Shown piece by piece: positions 32,095 through 42,066 of a stretch of 64,000 nt of DNA; the stretch's first letter is position 1, and every line of letters starts with the position of its first letter. The stretch is from Candidatus Heimdallarchaeum endolithica (GTDB lineage: Archaea > Asgardarchaeota > Heimdallarchaeia > Heimdallarchaeales > Heimdallarchaeaceae). The notes beneath the pieces are model-generated. The model ran no database searches. It saw only the letters and a program-made list of their open reading frames with translations, and was not told where the DNA came from. The stretch is from NCBI GenBank assembly GCA_021513715.1, contig CP084167.1:2784001-2848000 (forward strand), in the 5' to 3' direction. A program made the translations under genes and the position numbers.

Positions 32095-32955
32095 TCAATT
32101 TTTTTGAATCTGTTTAATATAGCGATAAACAGAACCCCACATATATTCATCATCTCTTTCTTTAACTTCAAAATTATTAGTATGAAGCCATTTTTGTAGG
32201 GCTTTCTTTGTTTCTTCATCATAAACTGTGTCGATTGATCCAGTATAAAAACCGTCTTTTTTCAAAACTTGTTTAATTACTTGCAAAACTTCCCCTTCAA
32301 GTTTAACAATATCGTTAGGATTATCTCTTTTTAGTAAACTTAAATCATATAAAGTAAAAACACGTTGTAATTCTTTAATAGGTTCTCTATGCTCATCTAC
32401 TCTGATATCAACATAGCGGTCTGTACCACCGTCATATGCACCTTTTTCTTTAACGATTAATATAGCTGCAGATTGTTTTCCTCTTTTGTCTCCACCTTGT
32501 TCCTGTCCTGCAAACAAAGCAGCAATTAACTTTTCTACTAAATCTCCTTTTGTCTCCTTATAAGCTTCAGCCATAGATTCTACAACTTTTTCAGAAGCTA
32601 GAATATTTCCTTGACAAGCAAAATTTTCTTCTACAATATGTCCTGCCCAGTCAAAACATTCTTTTCCAGTAAATGAAGCAGCTTGACCATATTTATCTAC
32701 TATACCAATTTGACGATGTTCTCTTTTGTCATCATATTTGGTCAAAATTTCTATAACTTCATGAGCGGTATAACCTTGTTCTAAAAGAACTAAACCTTTT
32801 GTTCCATAACTTGTGTTTGCATAAGCTTGTGTAGCTATTGCTCCTACATTTGCTTTTGCAAATGGGACTATGGCTCCAACAGCTATGAATTTTGATTGAA
32901 CTGCTACTCCCCACTCTTTATTTTTTGGATCATAGGCAACAATTGAAAATGTCAT
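32095..32955 (-). CDS. DUF1028 Ntn-hydrolase-like protein with C-terminal peptidoglycan-binding-like domain
   Basis: MTFSIVA, GAIATQA, QGNIL, GGDKRGKQSAA, RVDEH. Confidence 0.88.
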   Translation of the reverse strand: MTFSIVAYDPKNKEWGVAVQSKFIAVGAIVPFAKANVGAIATQAYANTSYGTKGLVLLEQGYTAHEVIEILTKYDDKREHRQIGIVDKYGQAASFTGKECFDWAGHIVEENFACQGNILASEKVVESMAEAYKETKGDLVEKLIAALFAGQEQGGDKRGKQSAAILIVKEKGAYDGGTDRYVDIRVDEHREPIKELQRVFTLYDLSLLKRDNPNDIVKLEGEVLQVIKQVLKKDGFYTGSIDTVYDEETKKALQKWLHTNNFEVKERDDEYMWGSVYRYIKQIQKN

Positions 32956-33058
32956 TTTTATCAAGAAAACATTAATCTGTATTTAATAAATTTTACTTGA
33001 ATATTAAATTTACAATGAAAATAAACTAATAATAAAAAATGTTAAGAAAGTTATTTCT

Positions 33059-34000
33059 TCATTCTATCCATTTGACCTTTAGTTCTCTTCTTGATGGAGC
33101 TCTTTCAAAATGGTATTTGGGGTAACCTAGTATTAGTACTCCATAACAATTATTTCTATCAGGAATGCCTAGTTTTTTTCTATATCTTTTATTTCTCCAC
33201 AAATATTCTTGGGCGAAACCTATCCACGCTGTTCCTAAACCTAATGATTGGGCGGCAAACATTCCATGCGTTAGAGCTATCCCACCATCACTTGCAGACA
33301 TTTGAGAATAACTTGGTGCATGAAGAACAATTACACAGGGTGCATGATAAAAAACTAGATCTTCTCCTTCTAGAGTACGTTTTCTGTAAGATTCCAATTG
33401 AAATTTCGTTTTTTTACTCATAAGTCTTCTTCTTACTCCTTTAGGAACAAAAGGATAAAGTAAAAATCTGATCTTTAATAAACTCTCTAGTTTGAAGAAG
33501 AAATTCATAATTCTAGATGAAAATTCAGCTATTATTTCTTTATTAGTAATTACTATAAAACTCTGTCTCTGTCTATTGCTAGCAGTAGGAGCATAACGCA
33601 TTGCTTCTAGAACTTTCTCTATTTTCTCTTTTTCTACTTCTTTATCCAAAAAGCATCTATGAGTTCTTCTACTTCTTATAACTTTAAATAAATCTTCGAA
33701 GGCGATTATTTTTTCTGGATTTTTAATTCCATCAAATTCAAGTGGTTTCTCTGCTCCTGTATATTCTATTGCATTAGTTGGGCAAATACTTAAACAGTGA
33801 CCACATCTAAAACAAAATTTGTAAGGGTCAGAGAAAACAATTTTTTTGTTACCTTTTTCATCTTTTTCTAAGGAAAAAAGTTTGACTAGACAAATATCAA
33901 TACACTTTTTACACTTAATGCAAATTTCTGTATTTACGTTCTGAATTTTTAACATTAGTTGAAAAGAAATATGGTTAAATTTATTTTTTTCTCTTTTCAC
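33059..34000 (-). CDS. Nitroreductase with N-terminal 2x[4Fe-4S] ferredoxin domain
   Basis: CIKCKKC..C, CFRCGHC..CP, RRTHR, APTASN, GLGTAW. Confidence 0.88.
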   Translation of the reverse strand: MKREKNKFNHISFQLMLKIQNVNTEICIKCKKCIDICLVKLFSLEKDEKGNKKIVFSDPYKFCFRCGHCLSICPTNAIEYTGAEKPLEFDGIKNPEKIIAFEDLFKVIRSRRTHRCFLDKEVEKEKIEKVLEAMRYAPTASNRQRQSFIVITNKEIIAEFSSRIMNFFFKLESLLKIRFLLYPFVPKGVRRRLMSKKTKFQLESYRKRTLEGEDLVFYHAPCVIVLHAPSYSQMSASDGGIALTHGMFAAQSLGLGTAWIGFAQEYLWRNKRYRKKLGIPDRNNCYGVLILGYPKYHFERAPSRRELKVKWIE

Positions 34001-34059
34001 TGATTTTTTACATTTGCAAAAGTTTAATACTTAATAATTGAAATTCATCAAAAAAATTT

Positions 34060-35571
34060 GTGGTTGAAATGAAAGAAAAATATGAACAATTACTTTCTAT
34101 TTTTAGAGAGATTCAAGTCATTGAACAAATTTCTATGCTATTAGGTTGGGATAATCAAGTTGTTATGCCCCCAAAAGGTGTAGAGCAACGAGGAAATCAA
34201 ATGGCATTTATAAGTAAATTACAGCATGAAAAGGCAATCAATCCTAAAATAGGTGAATTACTTAAGGAGATTAAAGAAAGTCCAGAATACAAAAATCTTA
34301 GTTATGAAGAAAAAAGAAATATTTACCTTATGCAGAGAGAATATGATAGAGTAACAAAAATACCTCCTGAGTTTATAGCTGAATTTACAAAACAACAAGT
34401 TCTTACTCATGAAATTTGGAAAAAGGCAAGACAAGAGAACAATTATGAGGAATATAAACCTTATTTGAAAAAAATTTTAGATATGGGAAAACAATTTGCA
34501 AATTACCTTAATCCTGATTTACACCCTTATGATGTAATGCTAGATTATTTTGAACCAGGAATGAATAGAGAAAAATATAACAAAATATTTACTCCATTAA
34601 AAGAAGCACTCGTATCTTTAATTAAAAAATGTTTAGAGTCTCCCAAACAACCAAGAGTGGAGATATTGAACAGGAAGTGTCCAATAGAAATACAGAAAAA
34701 ATTGTCTTTAGATGTAATTCCTCTCATAAATTATGATCTGGAAAGAGGAAGACTAGATGAAGCAGCTCATCCTTTTACAACTGGAAATTATGATGATGTA
34801 AGAATAACTACTCGATATTTAGAAAACTATTTTCCATCATCTTTCTTTGCTACAATGCACGAATCTGGACATGCATGTTATGATCAAAATTTGAAAAAAG
34901 AGTGGAGATATCAACCTATTGGAAACTATTGTTCAATGGGGATACATGAGGCTAACTCCAGATTCTATGAAAATATCATCGGTAGAAGTATAGACTTCTG
35001 GAAATTCTATTTTAATAGATTTAAGGAGATAACTGGAACACTTTTTGAAGATGTCGAACTTGATGATTTTGTTCATGCAATTAATAATGTACAACCCTCT
35101 GCGATTAGGGTTGAAGCAGATGAACTAACCTACAATTTGCATATTATACTAAGATACGAATTAGAACGAGATCTTATGGAAGGAAAAGTAACGGTAGATG
35201 AACTTCCTGAAGTTTGGAACCAAAAAATGAAAGAGTTATTAGATTATGAAGTAAAAAATGATGCTGAAGGAGTTTTGCAAGATATTCATTGGTCGAGTGG
35301 AATGGTAGGCTATTTTCCAACTTACAGTATGGGCAACATCTATGGAGCACAATTCTTACATAAACTATCCAACGATATTCCAAACTGGAGAGAAGAAGTA
35401 GAAAAAGGTAATATCAAAATTATGACTGATTGGATGAAGAAAAATGTTCAAGAAAAAGGGAACCTATATGATCCAGCGGAATTAGTAAAAGCAGTTACAA
35501 GTGAAGAACCTAATCCTCAATATCTTATTGACTATCTTACAGAAAAATATTCAAAGCTCTTTAATCTTTAA
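34060..35571 (+). CDS. M32 carboxypeptidase (carboxypeptidase Taq family)
   Basis: HPF, DVRITTR, HESGH, IRVEAD, QDIHW, GYFPTY. Confidence 0.95.
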   Translation: MVEMKEKYEQLLSIFREIQVIEQISMLLGWDNQVVMPPKGVEQRGNQMAFISKLQHEKAINPKIGELLKEIKESPEYKNLSYEEKRNIYLMQREYDRVTKIPPEFIAEFTKQQVLTHEIWKKARQENNYEEYKPYLKKILDMGKQFANYLNPDLHPYDVMLDYFEPGMNREKYNKIFTPLKEALVSLIKKCLESPKQPRVEILNRKCPIEIQKKLSLDVIPLINYDLERGRLDEAAHPFTTGNYDDVRITTRYLENYFPSSFFATMHESGHACYDQNLKKEWRYQPIGNYCSMGIHEANSRFYENIIGRSIDFWKFYFNRFKEITGTLFEDVELDDFVHAINNVQPSAIRVEADELTYNLHIILRYELERDLMEGKVTVDELPEVWNQKMKELLDYEVKNDAEGVLQDIHWSSGMVGYFPTYSMGNIYGAQFLHKLSNDIPNWREEVEKGNIKIMTDWMKKNVQEKGNLYDPAELVKAVTSEEPNPQYLIDYLTEKYSKLFNL

Positions 35572-35654
35572 TTTTCCTTTTTTCTTTATTTAACAGCGTA
35601 TTTTTGCATTTTTTTGTGAATTGGTGTTATAATCCTTAAAAAATTTAAATACAA

Positions 35655-36337
35655 TTGCAGATGCAAAAAGCTATGTCTGTTACTTATCAAACAACATTTA
35701 AAATTTTCAAGAAGCACCCTTTAGGCTATATAGCAATAGTTCTGTGGGTTCTGGCAAGTATAATTGATGTTTTAGATATGCTTTTTTCTTTAGCTTCAGG
35801 AGAATTGTTCTCTGCTCTGTTAGATCTTTTAGTAGTCATAGCTTTAATAGGTTATTCACAACTCCTGTTATTGCCAAGAGTAAACGTCCAGATGATCCGA
35901 TTGGAATGGCAAAAATATTATTTGTAAGCTTTGCAAGCGTAACAATATTTTTTGATATTATGTATGCTGTTGTAGCACTTGGAAAAGGATATTATCTTAC
36001 TGGTTATTACTGGTTTACTCTAATAATGGATATCTCATTAACATTCTTCACAGTAATTGGTGTATCTACGACTTTGAAAGATGTGAAAAGTTTTGATGAA
36101 TTTACAGTTGCTGCCCCTCAATATTCACCTGTTGGTGGAAAGTATACCCCTTATGCTTCTTATTCTCCTCCTGTATCCACAAACCCAACAACCGAACCAA
36201 GTGTTCAACCTATTGGTCATCAACCTTCCACTATTCCTCCTCAACCTGTTGCAGAGGTTAAGTTTTGTACTAACTGTGGAGCAAAAAATAAAGTAGACGC
36301 TAAGTTCTGCACATCTTGTGGTTCTGCAATACGATGA
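35655..36337 (+). pseudogene. Membrane protein with Pro-rich linker and C-terminal double zinc ribbon, split by one frameshift near 35850
   Basis: Adding one G at GG 35850-35851 fuses the two ORFs (...LIGLFTTPVIAKSKRPDDPIGMAK...); CTNCG...CTSCG. Confidence 0.65.
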
Positions 36338-36375
36338 AAAATTATTTGTTGAAGATTATCTGAATCTTCACAATT

Positions 36376-38802
36376 TTACTTTTTAATAATAGTTATTATC
36401 CCCTTTGTTCCATCAAGGATGATTTCTTGTCCAGTTTTTAGTAACTTTGTTGCATTTGAAACATTTGATACTAAAGGTAATCCGTATTCTCTTGCTACTA
36501 TTGCTCCGTGTGATAAAGAACCACCAATTTCAGTTACTAATCCGGAAATTAATGCGTAATAAGGAGACCAACCAATATCTGTGAAAGAAGCAACCATTAT
36601 TTCTCCTGCTTCTATTTTTTCAGCATCTTCAACAGATTTAACTATTCTTACCTTTCCTCTTACTACCCCATGACTAACAGGAGTACCTTTTATCTCTGTA
36701 ATGTTTTCTCTTTCTTCATTTGAAATTAGAATCGGTTCTGGTTTTCCTCTCACTATCTCTGGGAATTGAAGAGATCTTTGTTGAGCAAAAAGTTTTTTTC
36801 TTACTTGTGCTTTTGCTACTAGTTTATTGTTGTTATTATTTATTAAATCTCCAATCTCTTTATGTGTTAAGAAGTAAATAAGGTCTTGTTCAGGGATAAT
36901 TTGTACTTCAACAAGCTTTTTTCCAAGAGCTCTGTAAGCCTTTCTAAATTCACCATGAATTTTAATTGAAAGAGCCTTAGAATACTCCCTGTTTTGCATC
37001 CCCTCTTTTGCTTTTCTATAAATCATATTAAAAATCTTTAATTTTATTCCTTTAAGATTAAGTTCTTTGTATATCTCATCTAATAACATTTTTGAAGAGA
37101 CATTACTTTCATTTTTATTATTAAGTGTGTTTCCTTTAACTAGTGATTGTAAAATACTAATGAGTTCAAGAGGATTTTCTTTCCATTCTTTTTCTCTTAG
37201 TTCAGCTTCACGAATACATCTGTGTCCATGTCTCTGAATGAATTTAGAAAACAATTCATATATCTTCCCATTATTTTTGTCATTTAACCAATGAAAGGCA
37301 TCTTCTAAAGATAAAGACAAAAATACTTCACTTTTATTTGTATCTGATGATATTTCTTTCGCTATGTCTTCTAATGATGTTACAATATTTGCTGATTCAA
37401 TGTTCTTTATGTCTGTCAATAATAGAGCTGATTTTGTTAAAGCTTCCTCTGTAAAGTTATTTCCTCCACTGATAAAACCAACAAGAGCACCGTTCATCAT
37501 TCCAGAATTAGAAGAAACAATATAGTGTCTATACCAAGTTTTATTGTAGAAATCTAGGTTGTTATCAATTTCTTTGTAAAGTTCAGGAATTGAAAGATCG
37601 GTATTTATTCTAAATGTTCTAGCTGTTTTTTCTAATATTTTTAGAGCTTTTTTATGTTTGGATATAAATCTAAAATACTTTATACTATTTATCAAACGCT
37701 TCCTAAAAACTATTGGAGGACCTAGTGTGGTATCATCCAGTGTTTTTCCTAAAATGTTAAGTTCAAAAGAATCTTTACTTGTTCCAAGAATACATCTAGC
37801 AATTTTGTACATTTTAGTCAAATTGAAAAACAAGTGATTGTAAAAGTGAACAACATACCTTCCAGGTTCATTTTTTCTATATACCCCTATTCTTTCATAC
37901 ATCCATTTTAAACCGATATCTATTGCTTCAACAAAAACAGAAATAGTTAGAGGTGTTACTGCTCCTGGAAGCATCTCTCCCACATTAGCTCTTGTAAAAA
38001 TAATAGTAGAATCATCTACAGAGCTATCCAGCTCATTAATTGTAATTTTATTGATTGTGGTTATTGGGCGAGCTTGTAACCAAAAAAGGTCCCCTTTTTT
38101 ATCTATTGCCCACTCCATATCCAAAGCTTTGCTTAGGTGCTTCTCTGCATATAAGGCTTGTTCAACTAAATTCTTTATTTGTTGTTCACTGAGAATAGCT
38201 TGTTCTCCACTATATTCTCTCATTATAATTTTTCCTTCTCTACTTAATACATATAGGTCAGGTTTAGCTTTTCCGCTAACAAGAGCCTCTCCTTCTCCTC
38301 TAACAGCATTAATGAGTATCTTTTCTTCTCCAGTAGAAGGATCTAAAGTGAAAATAACTCCAGAAACAGAGGGGTTGATCATGCGCTGAACAACTACTGC
38401 AACTTTACTTTCTTTGTTTTGAGACAAATTTTCAGAGTATTTTTCTACTTGAGTTGAGGAAGCAGATTCAATGCAGTTAATTACTGCTTTGTGGACATTT
38501 TCTATTCCTTCCACATTAAGAAAGGTTTTATATTGTCCTGCATGGGAAAAATCCTCACTATCTTCTCCAACTGCTGAAGAACGAATAGCTACTTTTCCAT
38601 TTCCAAGTTTAGAATAATAGTGTTTAATTTCATCAATTTTTTCAAGTTTTTCTCCTGGGAGGATTACAAAACCTTCAGGAACATTCAACCCACATTTGAG
38701 CAACTTGTTTAATCCTTTTGCTTTTCCTCCAACTTCCTCATTGTTAATATTTGACAATGGAAGAATTTTTTTAGTAAAGCTTTTTTCTGCCATATCGATC
38801 AC
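36376..38802 (-). CDS. PEP-synthase-like phosphotransferase (rifampin phosphotransferase/PigC architecture)
   Basis: GGKA, RSSA..ED, DMEWA, LQARPIT, central substrate domain, LSHGAIVARE phospho-His domain. Confidence 0.85.
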   Translation of the reverse strand: MIDMAEKSFTKKILPLSNINNEEVGGKAKGLNKLLKCGLNVPEGFVILPGEKLEKIDEIKHYYSKLGNGKVAIRSSAVGEDSEDFSHAGQYKTFLNVEGIENVHKAVINCIESASSTQVEKYSENLSQNKESKVAVVVQRMINPSVSGVIFTLDPSTGEEKILINAVRGEGEALVSGKAKPDLYVLSREGKIIMREYSGEQAILSEQQIKNLVEQALYAEKHLSKALDMEWAIDKKGDLFWLQARPITTINKITINELDSSVDDSTIIFTRANVGEMLPGAVTPLTISVFVEAIDIGLKWMYERIGVYRKNEPGRYVVHFYNHLFFNLTKMYKIARCILGTSKDSFELNILGKTLDDTTLGPPIVFRKRLINSIKYFRFISKHKKALKILEKTARTFRINTDLSIPELYKEIDNNLDFYNKTWYRHYIVSSNSGMMNGALVGFISGGNNFTEEALTKSALLLTDIKNIESANIVTSLEDIAKEISSDTNKSEVFLSLSLEDAFHWLNDKNNGKIYELFSKFIQRHGHRCIREAELREKEWKENPLELISILQSLVKGNTLNNKNESNVSSKMLLDEIYKELNLKGIKLKIFNMIYRKAKEGMQNREYSKALSIKIHGEFRKAYRALGKKLVEVQIIPEQDLIYFLTHKEIGDLINNNNNKLVAKAQVRKKLFAQQRSLQFPEIVRGKPEPILISNEERENITEIKGTPVSHGVVRGKVRIVKSVEDAEKIEAGEIMVASFTDIGWSPYYALISGLVTEIGGSLSHGAIVAREYGLPLVSNVSNATKLLKTGQEIILDGTKGIITIIKK

Positions 38803-39845
38803 GTTTTATTCTTTATGAGCTTTCCAAACTCAGCAATACCTTTTCCTTTCATCCCTAATAATTCAAAATCAGCTAATCCTTCAGTAATTGAATAAGCATT
38901 ATCCATTATCCAAGTAAGGGAAAGATCAAAAGAGCAGTTAGCAAGTATCCTTTCTTCACTTTCCATTTGTGCAAAAAAAGTGAATTCTTTCGGAATACTA
39001 TCTCTGTTAATCCATATACCCTCAAAAGTGCTTCCATCAACTACTTGTATAATCCCATCTTTCTTAATATGAAAACCAGTAACTAGGTTCCTTAAAATTG
39101 GATAATCTACTAAACTGAAATTGAAAAACGATCCATCCTCTAATCCAATAATTATCCAAATGTGTCTTTCCATGAAACTCCAGTCTCTCTTACCATATGA
39201 ATGGTCTCGTAACGCCATCATTGATAAATGAACAGTATTTCCATCTAAAGTGTAATTACCTTCAAATTTACCACACTGTTCAGTATGAACTTGATCAGAT
39301 TCCTTCAGTTTGGCAAAGAAGTTTTTACTCCAAGCTTCTTGTGATAATGATCTAGCCATGGGTGCAGGGTGAATATCTGTGCTAAAGTTGATCAAAGGAT
39401 AATCAGAAGAAAAAATTCCTTCGAATTTAATTAAAATCTGGTTGTTATCTCCCTCTAACTCACCTTCAAAATCAATTTTCCATTTTTTTGCTGGTTCAAG
39501 ACAAGTAAAAGTTAGCGGTCCAGAGGAAAAAATGTTTTTTCCTTTATTATTTGGTTTATCAATATTTTTTTTATAGTTAAACAAACCTTTATTAGGAATA
39601 AAAAGGGCAAACCATACTTCTACATGGCCTACCCCCCTAAAAGCGAGACGAGCTAAAAATCTATGTCCATCGTTTGCATGTCCTGTAAAATAAAAACTAT
39701 TGTTATCCTGCTCTTTTGCGTTATTTGGGAGTTGGTAAGTTTCAACTTGATTTACATCAAAATCTAACTTTTTTCTCCTTTTTTCTATGATCTTTCTCGC
39801 TATTAGATACTTAATCTTTTTTTTCATTCCCATAATTGGCGCCAA
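38799..39845 (-). CDS. Predicted lipocalin/tocopherol-cyclase-like beta-barrel protein, coupled to the PEP-utilizer
   Basis: NNSFYF, EP..KW, HTEQ.G, RDHSYG.RDW; 4-nt overlap with the downstream gene. Confidence 0.6.
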   Translation of the reverse strand: MAPIMGMKKKIKYLIARKIIEKRRKKLDFDVNQVETYQLPNNAKEQDNNSFYFTGHANDGHRFLARLAFRGVGHVEVWFALFIPNKGLFNYKKNIDKPNNKGKNIFSSGPLTFTCLEPAKKWKIDFEGELEGDNNQILIKFEGIFSSDYPLINFSTDIHPAPMARSLSQEAWSKNFFAKLKESDQVHTEQCGKFEGNYTLDGNTVHLSMMALRDHSYGKRDWSFMERHIWIIIGLEDGSFFNFSLVDYPILRNLVTGFHIKKDGIIQVVDGSTFEGIWINRDSIPKEFTFFAQMESEERILANCSFDLSLTWIMDNAYSITEGLADFELLGMKGKGIAEFGKLIKNKT

Positions 39846-39957
39846 ATCATGAGCAACATATGTGCTTTATTAATATTCACTACAAAAAAATGGAAAAGCA
39901 ATTTCACTATTCTGTGATTAAATAGAAAAGAAAAATAAAAATAACTTGAGTTTAATC

Positions 39958-40929
39958 TCATTCTATTTCTGTTGGCCATTCAACATCTTTATACCAATAT
40001 GGTTTTCTTATCATTCCAAATGCATTGTGTGCAGCTATTGCTCCTTGAGCAACGGCTATAACTATCAGTTGATATGCAGTAGCTACATCTCCTATAGCAA
40101 ATACTCCTGGAATGTTTGTTCTCATTTCTTTATCTACTTTAATATATTTTCCATCTTTTTGCAATTCAAGTTTATCAAAAATTTCAATATTGGTTTTCAT
40201 ACCTACAGCGAGAATACAAGCATCAACATCAATTTCTCTTTTTAGTTTTGTATTACGATCAAGTAAAACTGCTTTTTCTAAAATTTGTTCTCCTTTAAGT
40301 TCTTCAATCTCGCTATTATAGACTATTTCAACATTTTTGAGACTAACTACTTTTTTTACTTTAGATTCAGCTGCCCTAAAACTATCTCTTCTATGAACCA
40401 AGTAAACTTTCTCAGCAACATCCCTTAGCTCCCAAACTGAATCAATGGCCGTGTCTCCTCCACCAACAACCACTACTTTTTTCCTTTTGAATAATTCAGG
40501 ATCAGTAACGAAATTATATACTCCTTTATCCTTACGTTTAAATTTTCTTTCACCAGGAATGCCTAACTCTGCAGGCTGTGAGCCTGTGGCGATGATAATT
40601 ACTCTAAATCTATATTTTCCTTCATTTGTTACTACTGTTTTATCTGGTAAAACCTCAATCACTCGTTCATGTTTAAGTTCCGCCTGTACTTCCTGCGCTT
40701 GAATAACAAACTCATCTATTAACCGTTTTCCTAAAATACTTGGGGCACCAGGATAGTTTTCTACTATTTTTCTAGAATAAAGAGTAGAAACTATTCCTCC
40801 ATACTTTCCGCTTTCAAAAACGGTTACTTTTAATCCTTTATAGGCTGCAATTATTGCTGCGCCTAGCCCACCCACTCCACCACCTATTATTCCAACATCA
40901 GCATAATAATCGTTTTCTTCTGTTGTCAT
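39958..40929 (-). CDS. Thioredoxin-reductase-fold flavoprotein lacking CxxC (possible ferredoxin-NADP reductase type)
   Basis: GGGVGG, IIATGS, GGGDTA, HRRD, AIGD; the CxxC position reads YNFVTD. Confidence 0.8.
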   Translation of the reverse strand: MTTEENDYYADVGIIGGGVGGLGAAIIAAYKGLKVTVFESGKYGGIVSTLYSRKIVENYPGAPSILGKRLIDEFVIQAQEVQAELKHERVIEVLPDKTVVTNEGKYRFRVIIIATGSQPAELGIPGERKFKRKDKGVYNFVTDPELFKRKKVVVVGGGDTAIDSVWELRDVAEKVYLVHRRDSFRAAESKVKKVVSLKNVEIVYNSEIEELKGEQILEKAVLLDRNTKLKREIDVDACILAVGMKTNIEIFDKLELQKDGKYIKVDKEMRTNIPGVFAIGDVATAYQLIVIAVAQGAIAAHNAFGMIRKPYWYKDVEWPTEIE

Positions 40930-41032
40930 AGATAAAAATTTGTATAACTCACTAATATATGTTTTGTACATACGTATAAATCAATTAAAAAACTACATAT
41001 TTAACTAGATGTATTTTTAGAAACTATTATTG

Positions 41033-42045
41033 AAGCATGTCCAAAAATTCTTTTTCACATACTAAACGATACGAAGGAGTAAAAGGTAGTTGTAACAGAG
41101 GAGAGAATTATAATGAGTAGAGAGGATGGTGGAGGGTAAACGATCAAGAATTGTGGGAAGAGAGAGTTTGAGGAGACCAAAGACATGTTCAACACTACAA
41201 CGATACTCGGGGTGATGATTATGGGGATAGAGACAAGGGTAGAGACGATGAGCTTGAACTATTGGTTTGGTCCAAGAGGAGGAGGAGAGGGATAACGAGC
41301 ATTACTTTTTGGAGGAATAACAGGGAAAAAGGAATGTTGTCTAAGAAGTCCCACGATATTTTCTGTCCAGTAGGCACAGTCACCATAAAATCGCAGGAAA
41401 GGTCTCAAGAGTGCAGAAGGAAGTTTCTGCCATAGTAAACCGAAGATTTTACTATCGTGAGTGCTACTAGCAGAATGAGCAAGAGAGACTATAGCTCGAG
41501 AGGGTAAACCAACTATAAGGTGTATCTTCCAGAAAAGTTTAGTTTAGAGGTTTTCTTTAGTGCTCCTCTTCCCCACTTGAGAAAACGCCAAAGAGAAGCT
41601 TGACGGATTTTAAATCATGAACTATTCACCGACATAGATTTCAATCCTTTTTTCCTCACTATTTCTCCCCCTAAATCTATTATCCACCGCTCCAGCAACT
41701 TACTTTCTGTCGCTCTCCATACTGCATGAAAAGTAGATTTAGAAGGAATCTTCTTCATCCACCCCTCTTCTATCAAAAAATTGCATAAAGACAACTTTTC
41801 CTCTAACTTCCTCCAAGCAATTCCTTCTATTCTAGCAATGATCGCTAAAGTCAGTATCACCCACCTTTCTGCTATTCTCTTTCTCCCTCTCTTACTTTCT
41901 CTCGGTTCCACTTTCACCAGTTTCTTAAGGAAAGGTTCATTAATGATTATGAATTCTCTTGCTTTGTGGGGTCTAAAATCTGGAAATAGTTCATACTTCC
42001 GACATAAACCCCCACATTAATAAAAATTGATTTTTGGACATGCTT
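41033..42045 (-). mobile_element. 1013-bp DDE insertion sequence (IS4/IS5 superfamily) with degraded transposase
   Basis: Perfect 16-bp TIR AAGCATGTCCAAAAAT (41033-41048 / 42030-42045) and 8-bp TSD TATTATTG (41025-41032 / 42046-42053). Transposase remnants VNSS*FK, KIHL, THDS, YGDCAY, YRCSVEHVFGLLK, with a stop and frameshifts. Confidence 0.9.
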
Positions 42046-42066
42046 TATTATTGAAACAAAAAGAGG

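Noticed and set aside
41615-41617. In-frame TGA in the transposase as selenocysteine or readthrough
   Set aside because: It aligns to Gly of DSSG and is accompanied by further frameshifts, so the gene is a pseudogene.
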